DNA of 64,000 nucleotides from positions 38,998,001 through 39,062,000 of the forward strand of contig NC_043002.1 of assembly GCF_006345805.1 (NCBI RefSeq). Direction: 5' to 3'. Positions within the stretch are counted from its first letter, which is position 1, and the number at the start of each line of letters is the position of its first letter. Shown here piece after piece: positions 13,586 to 26,900 of this stretch. The translations under genes were made by a program, and so were the position numbers. This stretch comes from Octopus sinensis (lineage: Eukaryota). Under the pieces are notes generated by a model, which searched no databases, had not been told where the DNA came from, and worked only from the letters and a program-made list of their open reading frames with translations.

Positions 13586-16411
13586 TTGTGTGTGTGTCGT
13601 TGTGTTTGTGGACGTGCACGAAAATGCACGTAGATATGTATTTATATTCTTCACCTTTTCGTACGTAACGTGTAAACACTTGTAGAGTGTTACCAGCAAA
13701 CTTAAAATGACGTTAGCAACGAAATGGAACCCAGCACGTTTGCACCAGACGTTGATACTAGATTATCAATGGCGTTTTAATTCACATTTCTCCTTTACCT
13801 TAATGCACAATGATTGATGTACTTCTATAAATTTCTCGCGCAGCACTCATCTCCTTGGAAATGTGTTGTTCACTCCCTTTTTAGATTTTTCACAGATGCT
13901 ATAAGGTACATTCAGTCTGATGAGTAATTATGGGAATAACATGTCTATATTTTGATGAAAACTATATAATACAGCTCGGAATATATATAAATAATTTTTA
14001 TCTACGCAGGAAAGTATTTCCTGAAATTATTTTTAATGATCATGAGAACTAAACCCTTCCGTTGTAAATACGTGGGAACGACAGCTTGTCAGAATTGGAA
14101 GAAGCGTTAAAAGTCCGCAATTTGTGCCTTTCACGTATTTTTCGTACCTGTATATCATGAATCTATATGTCCACAGAGATATATAGATTCCGCCAACTAT
14201 ATTCCTCCCTATAAATATTTAAAATAATGGGCAAAATTCAAGTGATAAGATTGTGCAGCATATACTTTCATATAGAATTTTTGCTCTATGTTCAAATCCA
14301 ACAGGTGTTTGTTTTTTTTTTTTTGTTTTTGTTTGCTATCAGCCTAGTATTTTTCGTTAATTAAGTTGATGTAGTATATAGTGTAAACATTCAAACATCG
14401 TCAGTACCTTTCTAAATTCTGTTGCCTTTCTCATAGAATGTTTGTTCCTTCAAAGCCATCTTTGTGCATTAGTCGTCTTACCAGCATATTTTGATCTGGA
14501 AAATTCGACTTGTATGTCAGAAAATACGGTAAGGAGTCGATTCTTTTGCCTATACTTCTCCTCTAAAAGTTTTTACGGACTTCGTGTAAGAATTTCTATA
14601 ATAATTTGAGGGTTATATAAATTTCCAATCGTTTAAGATGTCTATAAGTTAGTTACGTAACGAAATTATGCTTATTTCTCTATTAAAACGATAGCTAATG
14701 ATCATTGCTAGTTTGTGAGCGTAATTTAATACCAGTAAATTAGAAGCAACTAATGCAATCAAAATGGCCTATTAGTCCTTGCTAAGGATAATCTAATTTT
14801 TTGGCAACGAAGAGCTAAAGTGATCCCAAAATTTATCGAACGTCTCATTACGAGTATGTATTTAACTAGGCCTAACGAGATTACATTTCAAACATAGAAT
14901 CGTTATCATCTCTATCGATATTATTATTGCTGTTGCAATTAATATTATGATTATCATCGTCAACAGTAGCAGCAGCATTGTCATTATCAAGATCATCATC
15001 ATCATCATTACCATCATTATCATTATTATTGCTGTAATTTTGAAATGAATTTCAAACGAAATTTCGTTCAAAGCTGAATTTAATTAACCATTGTTTAGAA
15101 TCAAGTAGATGCCAACAAGAAATTTTACGGTTAAGTTACATCGACACAGAAGCAAATATTTGTTGTTCGCAGTTTTCCATACAAATTAAGCGCAAAATGG
15201 ATGAAACAACTATCACATCCAGTACAGTACAATACAATTTCGCATAAAAGTCTTCTTCATAAAAATATATTCACATATAGCTCAGTTTATATGTATGTAT
15301 ATATATAGCATTTTTATGTAATTATGATATATTTGTAAGCTTGAAACATATTCAGACTTGTTCTAGTGTAAAAATTGGATTGCTAACCCCGAATGTTTCC
15401 ATACATTGAATTCTTTGAATATTTTGTTTGTCCAGTTACTCTGTAGTTGCCGATTATGCGAACAGATGTCCTTTGTAGTTTCTCTATTACTAACTCTAAA
15501 CTAGCACCGACCGAACACGCGATGGATTGGGACCATTCCCAGGGGTGGGGGCGACAAACGCAAAACCAAACCAACATATCCACTGCTAATAATTCAGTTT
15601 TATTAACTAGATCTTACCCTACACGATATTTAAGTACATACCACTCAAATGTCTATTATCCGAAACGTCGAAAACACTCTCCTATATATCCTACAGTTTA
15701 TTACTAGTCATTATCTTCTATGTATATACTTTGTATGTGTATACTGTGTTTTATTTTGTCTTTTTTGTATTGTTTCGTTTTGTTCCTGATTTGTTTTTTC
15801 TTTTTGTTTTCATTGAATTAAATATATTCCATTGAATAAATGTATGAAAGGTGTTATTATAATGGTTGCACCGGACAACGAGCTCATAGAAACGATAAAA
15901 TACAGAACAAAATCCCATTTTAGGATATATTTTCTTCGCAACAGCCCAATAATTCACGTCACAGATCGCGTGAACCGGGGGTGAACAAGTGCTAAAACTA
16001 GCCGGCTCATTACCAATCACCTTAATTACCGAAATATCAGAATTATAAGCCCATTACTAATACTTTTATATGCTTTTCTGTTTTAACATAAAAAATTGTT
16101 ATTCACGATTGCAGTGTTGAAGACATACACGAATCATTCAAAAACACACAACGACCGTAAACTTCACTTAAACATTTATTATTGCAATGGAACAGCATCA
16201 GTGACCAGGTCACAGTTGGTGCGACGAAAATTTTGATACCAAATAATAAATGATAGTATGTCGTCAACTTAATGTGACAGTCCCATGAAAGGGAAGATTG
16301 CTATTGTTATATAACCCTAGGAAACACCGTTTCCTGTTGGACTTGACACATTTCCTGTGTCCTTATGTTTTCAAAGTGGAGATAAGCACCTCCACCCAGC
16401 AAAGCTGGCAT

Positions 16412-16452
16412 TCAGAAACTAGTTTCAGAGTCATTGCTCATCATCAGTCTGG
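16412..16452 (-). ncRNA. Minimal hammerhead ribozyme motif (GUU triplet)
   Basis: Minus strand: caga-CTGATGA-tgag/ctct-GAAA-cta-GTT-tctg. Confidence 0.6.
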
Positions 16453-16661
16453 AGTAGCATGGCTTGCTAGCTGTCAATGCCTATTCGCCTTTGAAAACAT
16501 ATATTTCAAGTGAAATACATTTCTGATTTTTGAAAATAGAAATAATACATTAGTAAATCTCTGAGAGATTTTTGCAGTAGCAGCATGATAAAGTGATAGT
16601 ATGTTGTCAACTTAATGCTACTGTTATCGACAGCATCGATAGCTAGCACGCTATGCTACTC

Positions 16662-16700
16662 CAGACTGATGATGAGCAATGACTCTGAAACTAGTCTCTG
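16662..16700 (+). ncRNA. Minimal hammerhead ribozyme motif (GUC triplet; predicted cleavage after 16696)
   Basis: caga-CTGATGA(16666-16672)-tgag caatga ctct-GAAA(16687-16690)-cta-GTC-tctg; stem I caga/tctg; palindromic ACTAGT. Confidence 0.7.
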
Positions 16701-17656
16701 AATGCTTGCTTTTCTGGGTGGAGGTGCTTATCTCCACTTTGAAAACATAAGGACACAGGAAATGTGTCAAGTCCAACAGGAAACGGTGTTTCCTAGGGCT
16801 AAATAACAGTAGCATTCTTCCCTTTCATGGGACTGTTACATTAAGTTGACAACATACTATCACTTTATCGTGCTGCTACTGCATAAATCTCTCTGAGAGA
16901 TTTAGAAATGCATTATTTCTATTTTCAAATAATAAATATTTAAGTGAAGTTAAGTATCTGCGTGTTTTTGAATGACTCATATACGTCTTCCACACTACAA
17001 TTATTTTAGTCTCAACATATAATTTCAGATCAAGACACTTGCTCGGCAAGTACACTTCTGAAATTTGTTTTAAATTTAGTATTAAAGTGTGTTTGTAAAA
17101 AGAGACAGCCTCTTCTTTCATTCCTCTTCTGTTGAATATTTGACTATATCTAGTTTTTTAAAAAATTCCACAGATTATTTTCCAATTCGCTGGTCTCGTT
17201 GCACAACGAACAGCAAGCGAAAATCGAGCCATTACGATGGTAGTAACTTTGTTATAAATTTTGATATGTATTGGTCATGCAAGAATATGACAGCGGCCAA
17301 AGCCAAGAGGATAGTTATCCTGATAAACTTTCAAGCCAGGAAAACATATGTATTTAAAACAGATTTTAAATATCGAAATTCGGCATTCGAAATGTTGTAT
17401 AGGTAAGTTTTGAAGAGTTTCAATAGCACGATAAAAAGAAATTATATCCCCCAATTAGTAAGACTTATAAAAACCTCGTTTATAAACAAGAAAAGAAGAT
17501 TGAAATATAAAATTGCAAACGAAATACTTATTAAAAACGTAAAAAAATCTATACAAAATGATGTTCATCGAATAAATCTTAAGTCTACTAGCCAATACTT
17601 ATAATGAATATTTTTTTTAATGTTCCAGCATACATTGCTATGCGTGTAAGATATAA

Positions 17657-17945
17657 GCGCGGATATGGCTGTACGGTTACGAAGCTCACTTTGTAACCAC
17701 GTCCAGTCCCAATGCATGAGACACTAGGTAAGTGTCGTCTACTCGCGCGCGCGTGTGTACTTGCCCCCCCCCCCCCCGCTTGACAACTGGTGTTGGTATG
17801 TTTACGTCCTCGAAACTTAAAGTTTCCGCGAAAGAGACCGATAGAATAAAATATAAGCACCGGGGTCAATTTGTTCGACTAAAACTTTTCAATACAGTGC
17901 TACAGCATGGCCGCAGTCCATTGACTGAAACAAGTAAATGATAAA
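17657..17945 (+). mobile_element. SINE family B, diverged and internally deleted
   Basis: gcgcggatatggctgtacggttacgaagc head; ...cagcatggccgcagtccattgactgaaacaagtaaa tail, the reverse complement of minus-strand copies. Confidence 0.65.
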
Positions 17946-18031
17946 AATATAAGACTTCGTTTTTTCAACCATTCTTTTTACATGACAGGCCCACGTCTTT
18001 CCCCAAACGTACACGCATGAATTTATCATAC

Positions 18032-18064
18032 CTCGCAATCAGCAACGCCAGTCTCATACAGGAT
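18032..18064 (-). CDS. Candidate small downstream exon of the synaptopodin/myozenin-like gene (unconfirmed)
   Basis: tttctgtgtag|33 nt|gtatga. Joined to the phase-1 donor at 23284 it would end the protein (...NAPAPNPV*). Splice signals are the only support. Confidence 0.2.
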
Positions 18065-18357
18065 CTACACAGAAATTCAGTTACAATTAAGCAGGCTACC
18101 AGCATCATCTAGCAAATCGTCTACTTACTAACTATTTAGAAAATAACTGTTACAACCAACCATCACGCTCAACAGCACAAACATACTACATCTACCAAAG
18201 ACAGAAAGAGAGAGAGAAGACGAACAGACTATGAATTATCTCAAAGCTTGATATTCTCAGGTATTATCAGCACGTATAGAAAACACTAAAATGAATATTT
18301 TTGAGGCACCCACAGGCTACAAGTCAATACAAAGAAATAACAGCACTACGTATCGAT

Positions 18358-18391
<34 letters not shown>

Positions 18392-18395
18392 GCCT

Positions 18396-19027
18396 CCTTC
18401 CTTCAAACGGGAAGGAAGAGCTATTTTCATCATCCTTGTGGCTATGGCGAAAGAATGTATCTGGTGGACGCGTCTGAAAGGATTGGAGACAAACACTTTC
18501 CTCTCTGGTCAATCTCTCATCAACTTCTTCAAGTACCACTTGAAAAGGAAAGTGAGAGTAGAGAGGCAAGTTTTGTCTAGCGAATGTTTTTAAAAAAGAT
18601 GGGTGAATGTAGCAAGAATGGCACGTATGAATGACGAAGCCACCTTGAGCATAATCCTATGAACCCAGAAATTGAAAACAGAGAGTTGCTTATTTGCAAA
18701 AAAAAAAAAAGAAATATAACATGTGACTCCATTGACCGAGGTTACCGTGGTCTTTTCCGTAGGCTTTTCTTTCCACGGGTAAACCTCACCTGTCCTCCCC
18801 TTTACGCTTCATATTGAAATTTCTGTGATAACGATCCCTATTGATCAATTTTTTTTTCCTCTCCCCCTTTTTTTTAACCCCCCCTTTTTTGTCCTCTTTC
18901 TCTCCTTTTACGATCCCTTTTGATCGAAACTCCCCCTTTCCTTTTTTTTTTTTAACCTTCAAAAGAAAAGCTCTACTTTGTAATTTGTTCTATCTGTGTG
19001 CAGCCCTGTGTGGCTAATAAAGAAACA
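18396..19027 (+). mobile_element. 5'-truncated L1/Tx1-type LINE (ORF2 C-terminus + 3' UTR) inserted in a (TATC)n tract
   Basis: Reads ...VAMAKECIWWTRLKG...FFKYHLKRKVRVERQVLSSECF*KRW, resembling the Tx1 ORF2 tail. AATAAA at ~19016. Apparent 13-bp TSD tatctatctgcct at 18383-18395 and 19028-19040. Confidence 0.7.
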
Positions 19028-19085
19028 TATCTATCTGCCTGTCTCTCTATCTGTCTGGCTATCTATCTATCTGTCTGTCTGTCTA

Positions 19086-19268
19086 ATGTTATAATAAAAA
19101 CCACAATTCTTGTTTAATGCAGCTACCCAGGGTTTCTTGATGGAAACATTGATTTATTTCGCCATTTTTCAAGCTGACAACAAGACACGTAGTCAGCTGC
19201 TTGACATACGTAAGTAGAAACCTTGGGTAGCTGTATTTCACAAGACTTGTGGTTTTTATAATAACGTT
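19086..19268. repeat. Short foldback element (arms ~19086-19133 and 19216-19268)
   Basis: taaaaaccacaa...gcagctacccagggtttct / agaaaccttgggtagctgt...ttgtggttttta. Confidence 0.7.
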
Positions 19269-19436
19269 ATCTTCACTCTCTTAGATGATCAAATGTTTTT
19301 CTACTTGTTGAAACTTTATCATATAATTATCTAGTTATGTACGTATCCGGTCGGGCGAATTGACCAGAGCAATTCAACTCTTTCACGCCTTATATCCCGA
19401 TCTTCCATGTGGCTTTTATTATAACATTAGACAGTC

Positions 19437-19471
<35 letters not shown>

Positions 19472-19919
19472 GTCTTCCACAAGTTGATCGATATATGCTC
19501 TATTTGGTCCGCTGTTATATTATGTCCATGCGTGGGTTTCCAGTGAAGGAGAGCGCACTAGTGCACAGTAATATATTAGATCTCTTGTGGATTATTTCTG
19601 TTCTACCTCGGCCCACTCATAACTACAAAACTGATAATCACACACTAGAAAAAACGCAAAACAGTGCATATCGCTTAACAAAGAATACGAAGACTGCACT
19701 CTCACATCAGCTAAACAACAAACTAAAATACAGAAAATGAATTAGCACCTGAATAATTTGTTGCTGCAAATTCTCTAAATCTCACAGTTCCTGCAATTAC
19801 TCTTCCAAACATCCACAAATAACTTCTCATATCTATATACTCAACAAAGATTCTATGGCTCGCTCGACTTGCAAAAATGTAAGCCAGATCATTTGAGTTC
19901 CTCCATTAACAGCCAAGCA

Positions 19920-20310
19920 TTTGTTTTTGTACTCTAGGCACAAGGCACAAAATTTTGGGGGAGGGGTCCAGGCGATTAGAACGACACCAGTATGCAGCTT
20001 ATACTTAATTTATCGACCCTGAAAGGATGAACGGTAAGGTGGACCACGGTGGACTTTGAACTCAGAACGTAAAGACAGACGAAATACCCATTTCTTTACT
20101 ACCCACAAGGGGCTAAACACAGAGGAGACAAACAAGGACAGACAAACGGATTAAGCTCATTACATCGACCCCAGTGCGTAACTGGTACTTATTTAATCGA
20201 CCCCGAAAGGATGAAAGGCAAAGTCAACCTCGGTGGAATTTAAACTCAGAACGTAAAGACTGACGAAATACCGTTATGCATTTCGCCCGGCGTGCTAACG
20301 TTTCTGCCAA
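19920..20310 (-). mobile_element. SINE family A, head-to-tail dimer form
   Basis: Two cores (gaaaggatga...gaactcagaacgtaaagac) joined by the linker tttctttactacccacaaggggctaaacacag. Confidence 0.8.
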
Positions 20311-22310
20311 AATAAAGGTAACGTCACACTGTCTTTCAGAAGGGTACTTTTGGTTAATATCGTCCTTCGCATAATCAATACGATTGGAATACTTTTGATT
20401 CAGTTCTGGATCAGAATCGACTTGGGACTATGCAGCAACAAAATTCCAGAACAATACTGAAACACCATCCGACAAAACTCACGCTCGCATTCATTCCATA
20501 GAAGCTTTTGAAAAATCACATTAGAAAAGAACTGCATACGACAATAACATCAGCATTAAAAATGCAGTGTTGAAAGGTATACCGGCAATGTACTATTTTG
20601 ATCGATGTACTATTTCGCACAGACGAAATGTAAGTGAACAGAACATTGCAAATCGAGTCAACAGGCGTGCCTCTACGCTACGCGGCTATTAGGTCTAATA
20701 GAAATAGTAGCCAAATATTCTACAGTTTGCAACCCATCGCTTTAAATATATTGACAGAAATTACAGCCAAATTTCCTTCAAATCATAGCCTATATTTTAA
20801 ATAAAGTGATATACATTGAATAATGTAGTTACTGATATACAAACATATGGGGTAGTCACTGGAATATCTTTGATCAGACGACCGGTCAATGAGGGCTGAT
20901 CTACACTTAACCAATATTAATATAATTTCTTAATGATCTAATAGTAGGGAAAAGGATAGGCAGAGTAATTTTATTTTTCCATCATTAACTTAATACTGCG
21001 TAATCTTTCTTGAAATTCCATAATAGAATAGGAGTGGGATGCATTTCGCTTGTAACCCACTTTTTATTTTAAAATATGTTAAATCAGTTCCATGAAACTC
21101 TGTTTTATTCCAGCAGTAACACAATTTACCCCCAAAAATCTTTAGTTCACAAACATTAATCTCATCGCTGAAAATATAACATTTTACTTCATTTAAGTGA
21201 TCCCATTATAATGAGAATGGTGGTGGCCTACAGAATTTACTTGCGTAAAAGTAAAATTACATAAGTTTTATGCCGTTGAGAAGAAACGTTTCCTACGTTT
21301 TGGACATGGTCATTTTTCACGGAAAGAAATTCCGTGAACCCCTTCTGAACTGAACAAAAAACTATCTTCTGCTGGTTGGAATCAAGATCATACCAAATTG
21401 GGTAATTTTACTTTTATACCACCTTCTAGTTTGTTTCCCACTGTCAAAAGTATATCATTCATTTATATGTGATATATTACTAGTAACAATAAGACTAGCA
21501 ATAAATTAGGACGGGACTGTTACTGCTAATACCTCTGCAAGATGCAAGGGTTACACATTTACGAAAATAACCGACCAGAAACTATTATCATAGAAATATG
21601 ATAAATTACAGATGTGTTGCACCGTAAAAACAGTATATAGAAGACCACAGAAGAGACAGACGTTTAAATCATATCCAACACATTACTGGTACTTATTTTA
21701 TTGAGTCCTGGAAGTGGAATGTCAAAATCAACCCCAGTTGGATTTTAACTTAAGATGAGAAGTGGCTTAATTGAATACCATACCGCATTTTGTCCTGAAT
21801 CGAACCAATTTTTCTAATTACTGCACTGGTACGGTGAAAATATTGGGACTATCTAACTTCTCTCTCTTTCGGGCTTAAGTAATGAACCATTATATATATA
21901 TATATATATATATATTATCATATATAATGAATCATTACATATTTCATGTGTTTAAGTAATGAAAGAGTATATATTATATAACTATGTATATTTAATGATT
22001 TTATAAATTACCGAGCCAACGAACGAGCCTGGACAGAATCGCTAGGCCTGCAAGAAATTGCAGCCAGATTTCCCTCAAATCACGCTTCAATCTTTAAGAG
22101 ATAGGCAATGTAGATTTTAAGTAATGTAATCCTTGATGCCTTACAAAAATTGGGATGGGTACCGCTAGAATGCCTTTAACTATAGTGCTGTTGAAGCAGG
22201 ACTGGCTGCTCTGGCAAAAAATGTATTTCACTTCATTCCAATGACAAGTAAGAAATGAACTTTTGACAAGACGAAAAGTTACTAAATTTGTGTGAGCGCA
22301 ATATATATAT

Positions 22311-22379
<69 letters not shown>

Positions 22380-23283
22380 AACACTAGACTAATTAACTAT
22401 TGCATTGAAAGATAGACTAGATGACACTATATTATGCTTTATTTCTACTTTGCGACACAATGTTGATTTGTATTTTATCAATTAAATTTTAAAAGAACAA
22501 TAATCCATCTGGAAATATTTTAGAACTCTGAGGACGCAAGGGAAGGTATAGAACATTCAAGAAAATTGATAAGGGCAAGTTTATGGCAATTAATCCCATA
22601 GATCATGACACAATATTTCTCTTATAAACTCTATTTAATTTATTTTGAATAGCATTTTTTAATAACAGCGTTGCTGGTTAAAGATTTCCAACGAGTAATC
22701 CACTGTTTTATAACATTTAGGACAGGGTGTGACAAGTAGTATCCTGTACATCTCCTACAAGTGATGGTGCTTTTTACAGTTGCAGCAACATCCCCATGAT
22801 CCCTTGATGTCTACTGCAAAACGCACCACCAGCGCTTTCCGAGCATTAGTTTATTCAGAAGATTATGCTGAGAAGGCCTTGAAATGTCAATGATCATAGG
22901 AACGTTTATGTCACAAACTAAACATAAAGGAAATATCAGATATCTTTCATTAAAAAAATTATTAAATACGACAGCAATCATGTCTTCAATACAAAACGTT
23001 TGGAAGAAAAACTGTTCCCTATATATATCGAACATCTGTTTTATTCAGCCAAATTCCACTCGAGATATTGGTTGACTCGAGACTATGAAAAGACAATTGT
23101 CCAGGGTGACGCGCACTATGATCGAACCCGCAACCATGTGACTGCGAAGTGGACTTCTTAACCACATGGCTTATGTCTGCACTCATCAACGAATACATAA
23201 GCAACAACTGTTGTTATTAAGAACTATAATGTATTGTTACGGATGATGAAAAAATGAATTGCTAAAAAATAATAGACACTTAC

Positions 23284-23740
23284 TCGGTGCAGGAGCATTC
23301 CATCCTCGTGCCTTTCTATTGAAGTTGGGTCCATCGAGATTTATAGCATGACCGCCAGACTTCAGATCTGTTTTCACGATTGGAACTGGAACCGCTTTTG
23401 GTACATTTGGCAACTGCTCAGGTCTCGGTGGCTTTTGTTTTATTATTGGCATTGGCGTCTCAATCATGGTTGACAATTTATTCTGTACATTCATCATATT
23501 TACGTTTGCCTCAGGAGTTGATGGGCTTTTCACACTTTTGTCATCAACGACCCATTTCTCAGATCGAGCTTGGCGTTTAGCGAAGAGCTTAGCACCACGG
23601 CCCTTGTTGTTATGTAGATCAGCAACTAAATTGCTGCATAAGGTTGGTTTTACAGCACGGTGGTCAACTTTTGGCTGGCTTACCCTTAATGATTCAAATT
23701 CTTCCCTTGAAAGACTCATCTTCTCCTCGTTGACTGATAC
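23284..23740 (-). CDS. Exon of synaptopodin-2/myozenin(calsarcin)-like muscle Z-disc protein
   Basis: Acceptor ttacttgcag|GTA at 23741/23740 and donor CCGA|gtaagt at 23284/23283. The exon is 457 nt, phase 0 to phase 1, and open throughout: VSVNEEKMSLSREEF...KGRGAKLFAKRQARSEKWVVDD...PNFNRKARGWNAPAP. Confidence 0.9.
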
Positions 23741-23821
23741 CTGCAAGTAAAGTTTTGAAATCAGATGTAAGTAAATGCCAAAAAACATCCTTTCTTCATG
23801 AACACACAATACACACACACA

Positions 23822-23860
<39 letters not shown>

Positions 23861-23878
23861 CGGACACACACCGATATA

Positions 23879-24088
23879 CAGGGTGTCCACAAAGTCAGGC
23901 TACATGGGGACTAATACATACTTTAAGAAATTATTATTTCTTATACTTATTTCTTTGTTATGATTTTATTTACTCCATGTACCCACATGGGGATTAACAC
24001 ATACTTTAAGGAATTATTATTTCTTATATTTAATTGTTTATGTTATGATTTTATTTACTCCATGTACCCAGACTTTGTGGACACCCTG
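23879..24088. mobile_element. Tc1/mariner-type MITE with internal tandem duplication
   Basis: TA|cagggtgtccacaaagtc ... gactttgtggacaccctg|TA. The interior is two ~82-85 bp copies (23903-23984 and 23985-24069). Confidence 0.9.
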
Positions 24089-24099
24089 TATAACTAAAT

Positions 24100-24380
24100 G
24101 GCATTCCGTCGATTAATACGACGAGTGTTCCAGTTCAACCGATCAGCTACCAGCGCCTGCTCGTGAAATTAGCATACAAGTTGCTGAGCACTCTACAAAA
24201 ACAGCGTGACACAGAATGTGACAAGGTTGGACGTTTGAATTACAGATACAACTCAGTTTTGCCAGCCGAGTGGACTGGAGCAACGGGAAATACAGTGCCC
24301 TGCTCAACTACACAACGTGCCGTAGGTAATCGAACTCATGACAATGAGCCGGTTACTCACACCACTAAGACACGCACCTT
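24100..24380 (-). mobile_element. SINE family C, diverged
   Basis: gagtggactggagcaacgggaaat...tcgaactcatga...accactaagacacgcacc is the reverse complement of the 32116 copy. Confidence 0.6.
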
Positions 24381-24583
24381 TACTACTGATATGTATTCGT
24401 TTGAATATTTTACACTCTAGGCCAAACAGTTTACTCTCGTGCACATGCAGCGCTTAATATATTCATACGTACATTTATATATTTTTATATTTATACACAA
24501 GACCCATCGAAACACGCATGCATACACGCATACGACCACATATGCACATGTATGCACAAATACGCGTGTGTATGTATACATAC

Positions 24584-24628
<45 letters not shown>

Positions 24629-24780
24629 CATATATACACACACATATATATACGCACACACGCACAAACACACACATACATGCTTACAGTTAAAATTTCA
24701 AAATTTTACTTCACATACATACAGACAGGCAGACAGAAAGGCAGGCAGGTAGACAGACAGACAGACAGACAGACAGACAT

Positions 24781-24841
<61 letters not shown>

Positions 24842-25854
24842 AGATAGATAGATAGATAGATAGAGTTTGTCGTTATATTCATACATGCGTCTAACAAAGG
24901 CAGAGAAATATTTATAAATATAATTTTCACGTTCATGAACACGAATATTCAAACGTACACATATTCACATATAGAAATTCACAAAAAAAACAAAACAATT
25001 CTATGTTTATTCATTGATGCATCCTTTTTCACAAACGAACGCTAGTTATAGACTTGGTCTAGCTATAAAAGGCCTGATTATAGCTGGAAGGTAAGAAGAG
25101 TCTAGAACCAGTTGAGCTTCTTCTTTTTTTTTAATTATCTTTTACCAGACACTAAACAAAAATATACATATTTAAAAGTAAGACTGTAAAAACTTCTGCT
25201 CAAATTGTTACCGCAATAGACTACAGTAAAATACATTATGTTAAAAACAAACAAACAACATTTTTATCATCTGTATCTACATAGCACATAACATGAAGCT
25301 TAGCAACAATGTATGCAACATTTTCATGTTATACGTTGAGTAAGCAGACGCATAATTTGTTTAGCTGTCCTTACGAGAAATTGCGAGAAGAAAATTGTCA
25401 CAAACACCAATAAATCACAAATAAATTAAACCAATGTATTTAACAGACGCACACATATGAATATAATGTGTGTCTGTGTGTGTGTGTAAAATATATGTAC
25501 ATATATGTATGTGCATGTAAGTATGACTATACACACACACATACACACACAGATATATATATACATATATATATTCATGCACACTTTTGTATACGTATGT
25601 GTGTGTACATATTTACATATGTGTATGTATGTGTGTGCTTGTATGTATTATGTATGTATGTATACATGTATACATGTATATATGTATATATGTGTATATA
25701 GGTATGTACGTATTCATATGGCCTGGTATATACAGCGGTGTGGCATCATTCGAAAGTTATAACAGTACTTGAAAGCGCATTGTGACTGGCAGTGTATAAC
25801 AACATGCGATTTCCTGATCGATACGGTGATACATATATGATATACATGTATACT

Positions 25855-26258
25855 CTTTACTCTTTTACTCTTTTACTTGTTTCAGTCATTCGACTGCGGC
25901 CATGCTGGAGCACCGCCTTTAATCGAGCAACTCGACCCCGGGACTTATTCTTTTGTAAGCCCAGTACTTATTCTATCGGTCTATTTTGCCGAACCGCTAA
26001 GTAACGGGGACATAAACACACCAGCAATGCTAGGGGGACAAACACAGACACACAAGCACACACACGCGTATATATATATATATATATACATATATACGAC
26101 GGGCTTCTTTCAGTTTCCGTCTACCAAATCCACTCACAAGGCTTTGGTCGGCCCGACCAAAGTAGAAGACACTTGCCCAAGGTTCCACGCAGTGGGACTG
26201 AACCCGGAACCATGTGTTTGGTAAACAAGCTACTTACCACATAGCCACTCCTACGCCT
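25855..26258 (-). mobile_element. SINE family B, near full length
   Basis: tgtttcagtcattcgactgcggccatgctggagcaccgcc...accacatagccactcctacgcc; highly similar to 33255-33660. Confidence 0.85.
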
Positions 26259-26714
26259 ATGTTTGTATATGAACTCTAAAATATGTAAAGAGAGCGATTC
26301 ACTTGTCGCAGCTTGTTTCAAATTTCAGTTCTTACTCATTCTAATAATACCTATACAATGAAAGAACATGTAACAGATTTGCTTGCAAAATTTAGTTCAG
26401 TTCCAATGAAACACATTACAGCTAATGAAAGTTAGCAGCTCTTATACAATTCCGTTCTCGTTTATATGTATTTCATGTCATATATTTCATAGAGAGGAAC
26501 ATGCCAGTCACTCTTTGACTAAGATAACGAGAGCTCTTCTCAGAAATATCGACTACATTCACCGGTTCAGCCTCTGATATGTGGGAAGTTCACAGCAGAT
26601 TGCTGGCGACAGGTTGATCGCCATTAGAAGCTTGCTTGCACCTCAGTTATTTCATTAATATTATATGGACTATCAAACATTTTAACCACTAATATTACCA
26701 GAAGATTTTGCACA

Positions 26715-26900
26715 TTTCAAATTTTGGCACAAGGCCAGCAATTTTAAAAGAGGTGGGGGGGTCGATTACATTGGCCTCAGTTCTCAACGAGCTCTTGTTT
26801 TATCGACCATGAAAGCATTAAAAGCAAAGTCGACCTCGGTGGAACGTAAAGTGCCATTGTATGCGATCTGTTTACGGTCCTGCCACCTTGCCGCCCTACT
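26715..26900 (-). mobile_element. SINE family A, diverged
   Basis: gtcgattacat...aaagtcgacctcggtggaa...gccaccttgccgcc. Confidence 0.6.

Larger units (their letters stand above)
16251..16928. mobile_element. Foldback element 3 (arms 16251-16480 and 16633-16862, plus mirrored segment 16529-16617 / 16840-16928) with hammerhead motifs
   Basis: Highly similar reverse-complement arms (e.g. ggaaacaccgtttcctgttggacttgacacatttcctgtgtcc). The partial tandem/inverted arrangement is typical of Penelope pLTRs. Confidence 0.85.

Noticed and set aside
13917-13980. Isolated CTGATGA motifs here and near 53984, 57177 (minus) and 61320
   Set aside because: No convincing stem II, GAAA and stem I arrangement, so not called hammerheads.
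15383-15583. ORF as a downstream exon of the host gene
   Set aside because: No good splice context. GASLELVIEKLQRTSVRIIG looks more like a decayed LINE RT C-terminal scrap, too short to call.
23371-23395. PVPIVKT as a calcineurin-docking PxIxIT motif
   Set aside because: The spacing does not match PxIxIT.
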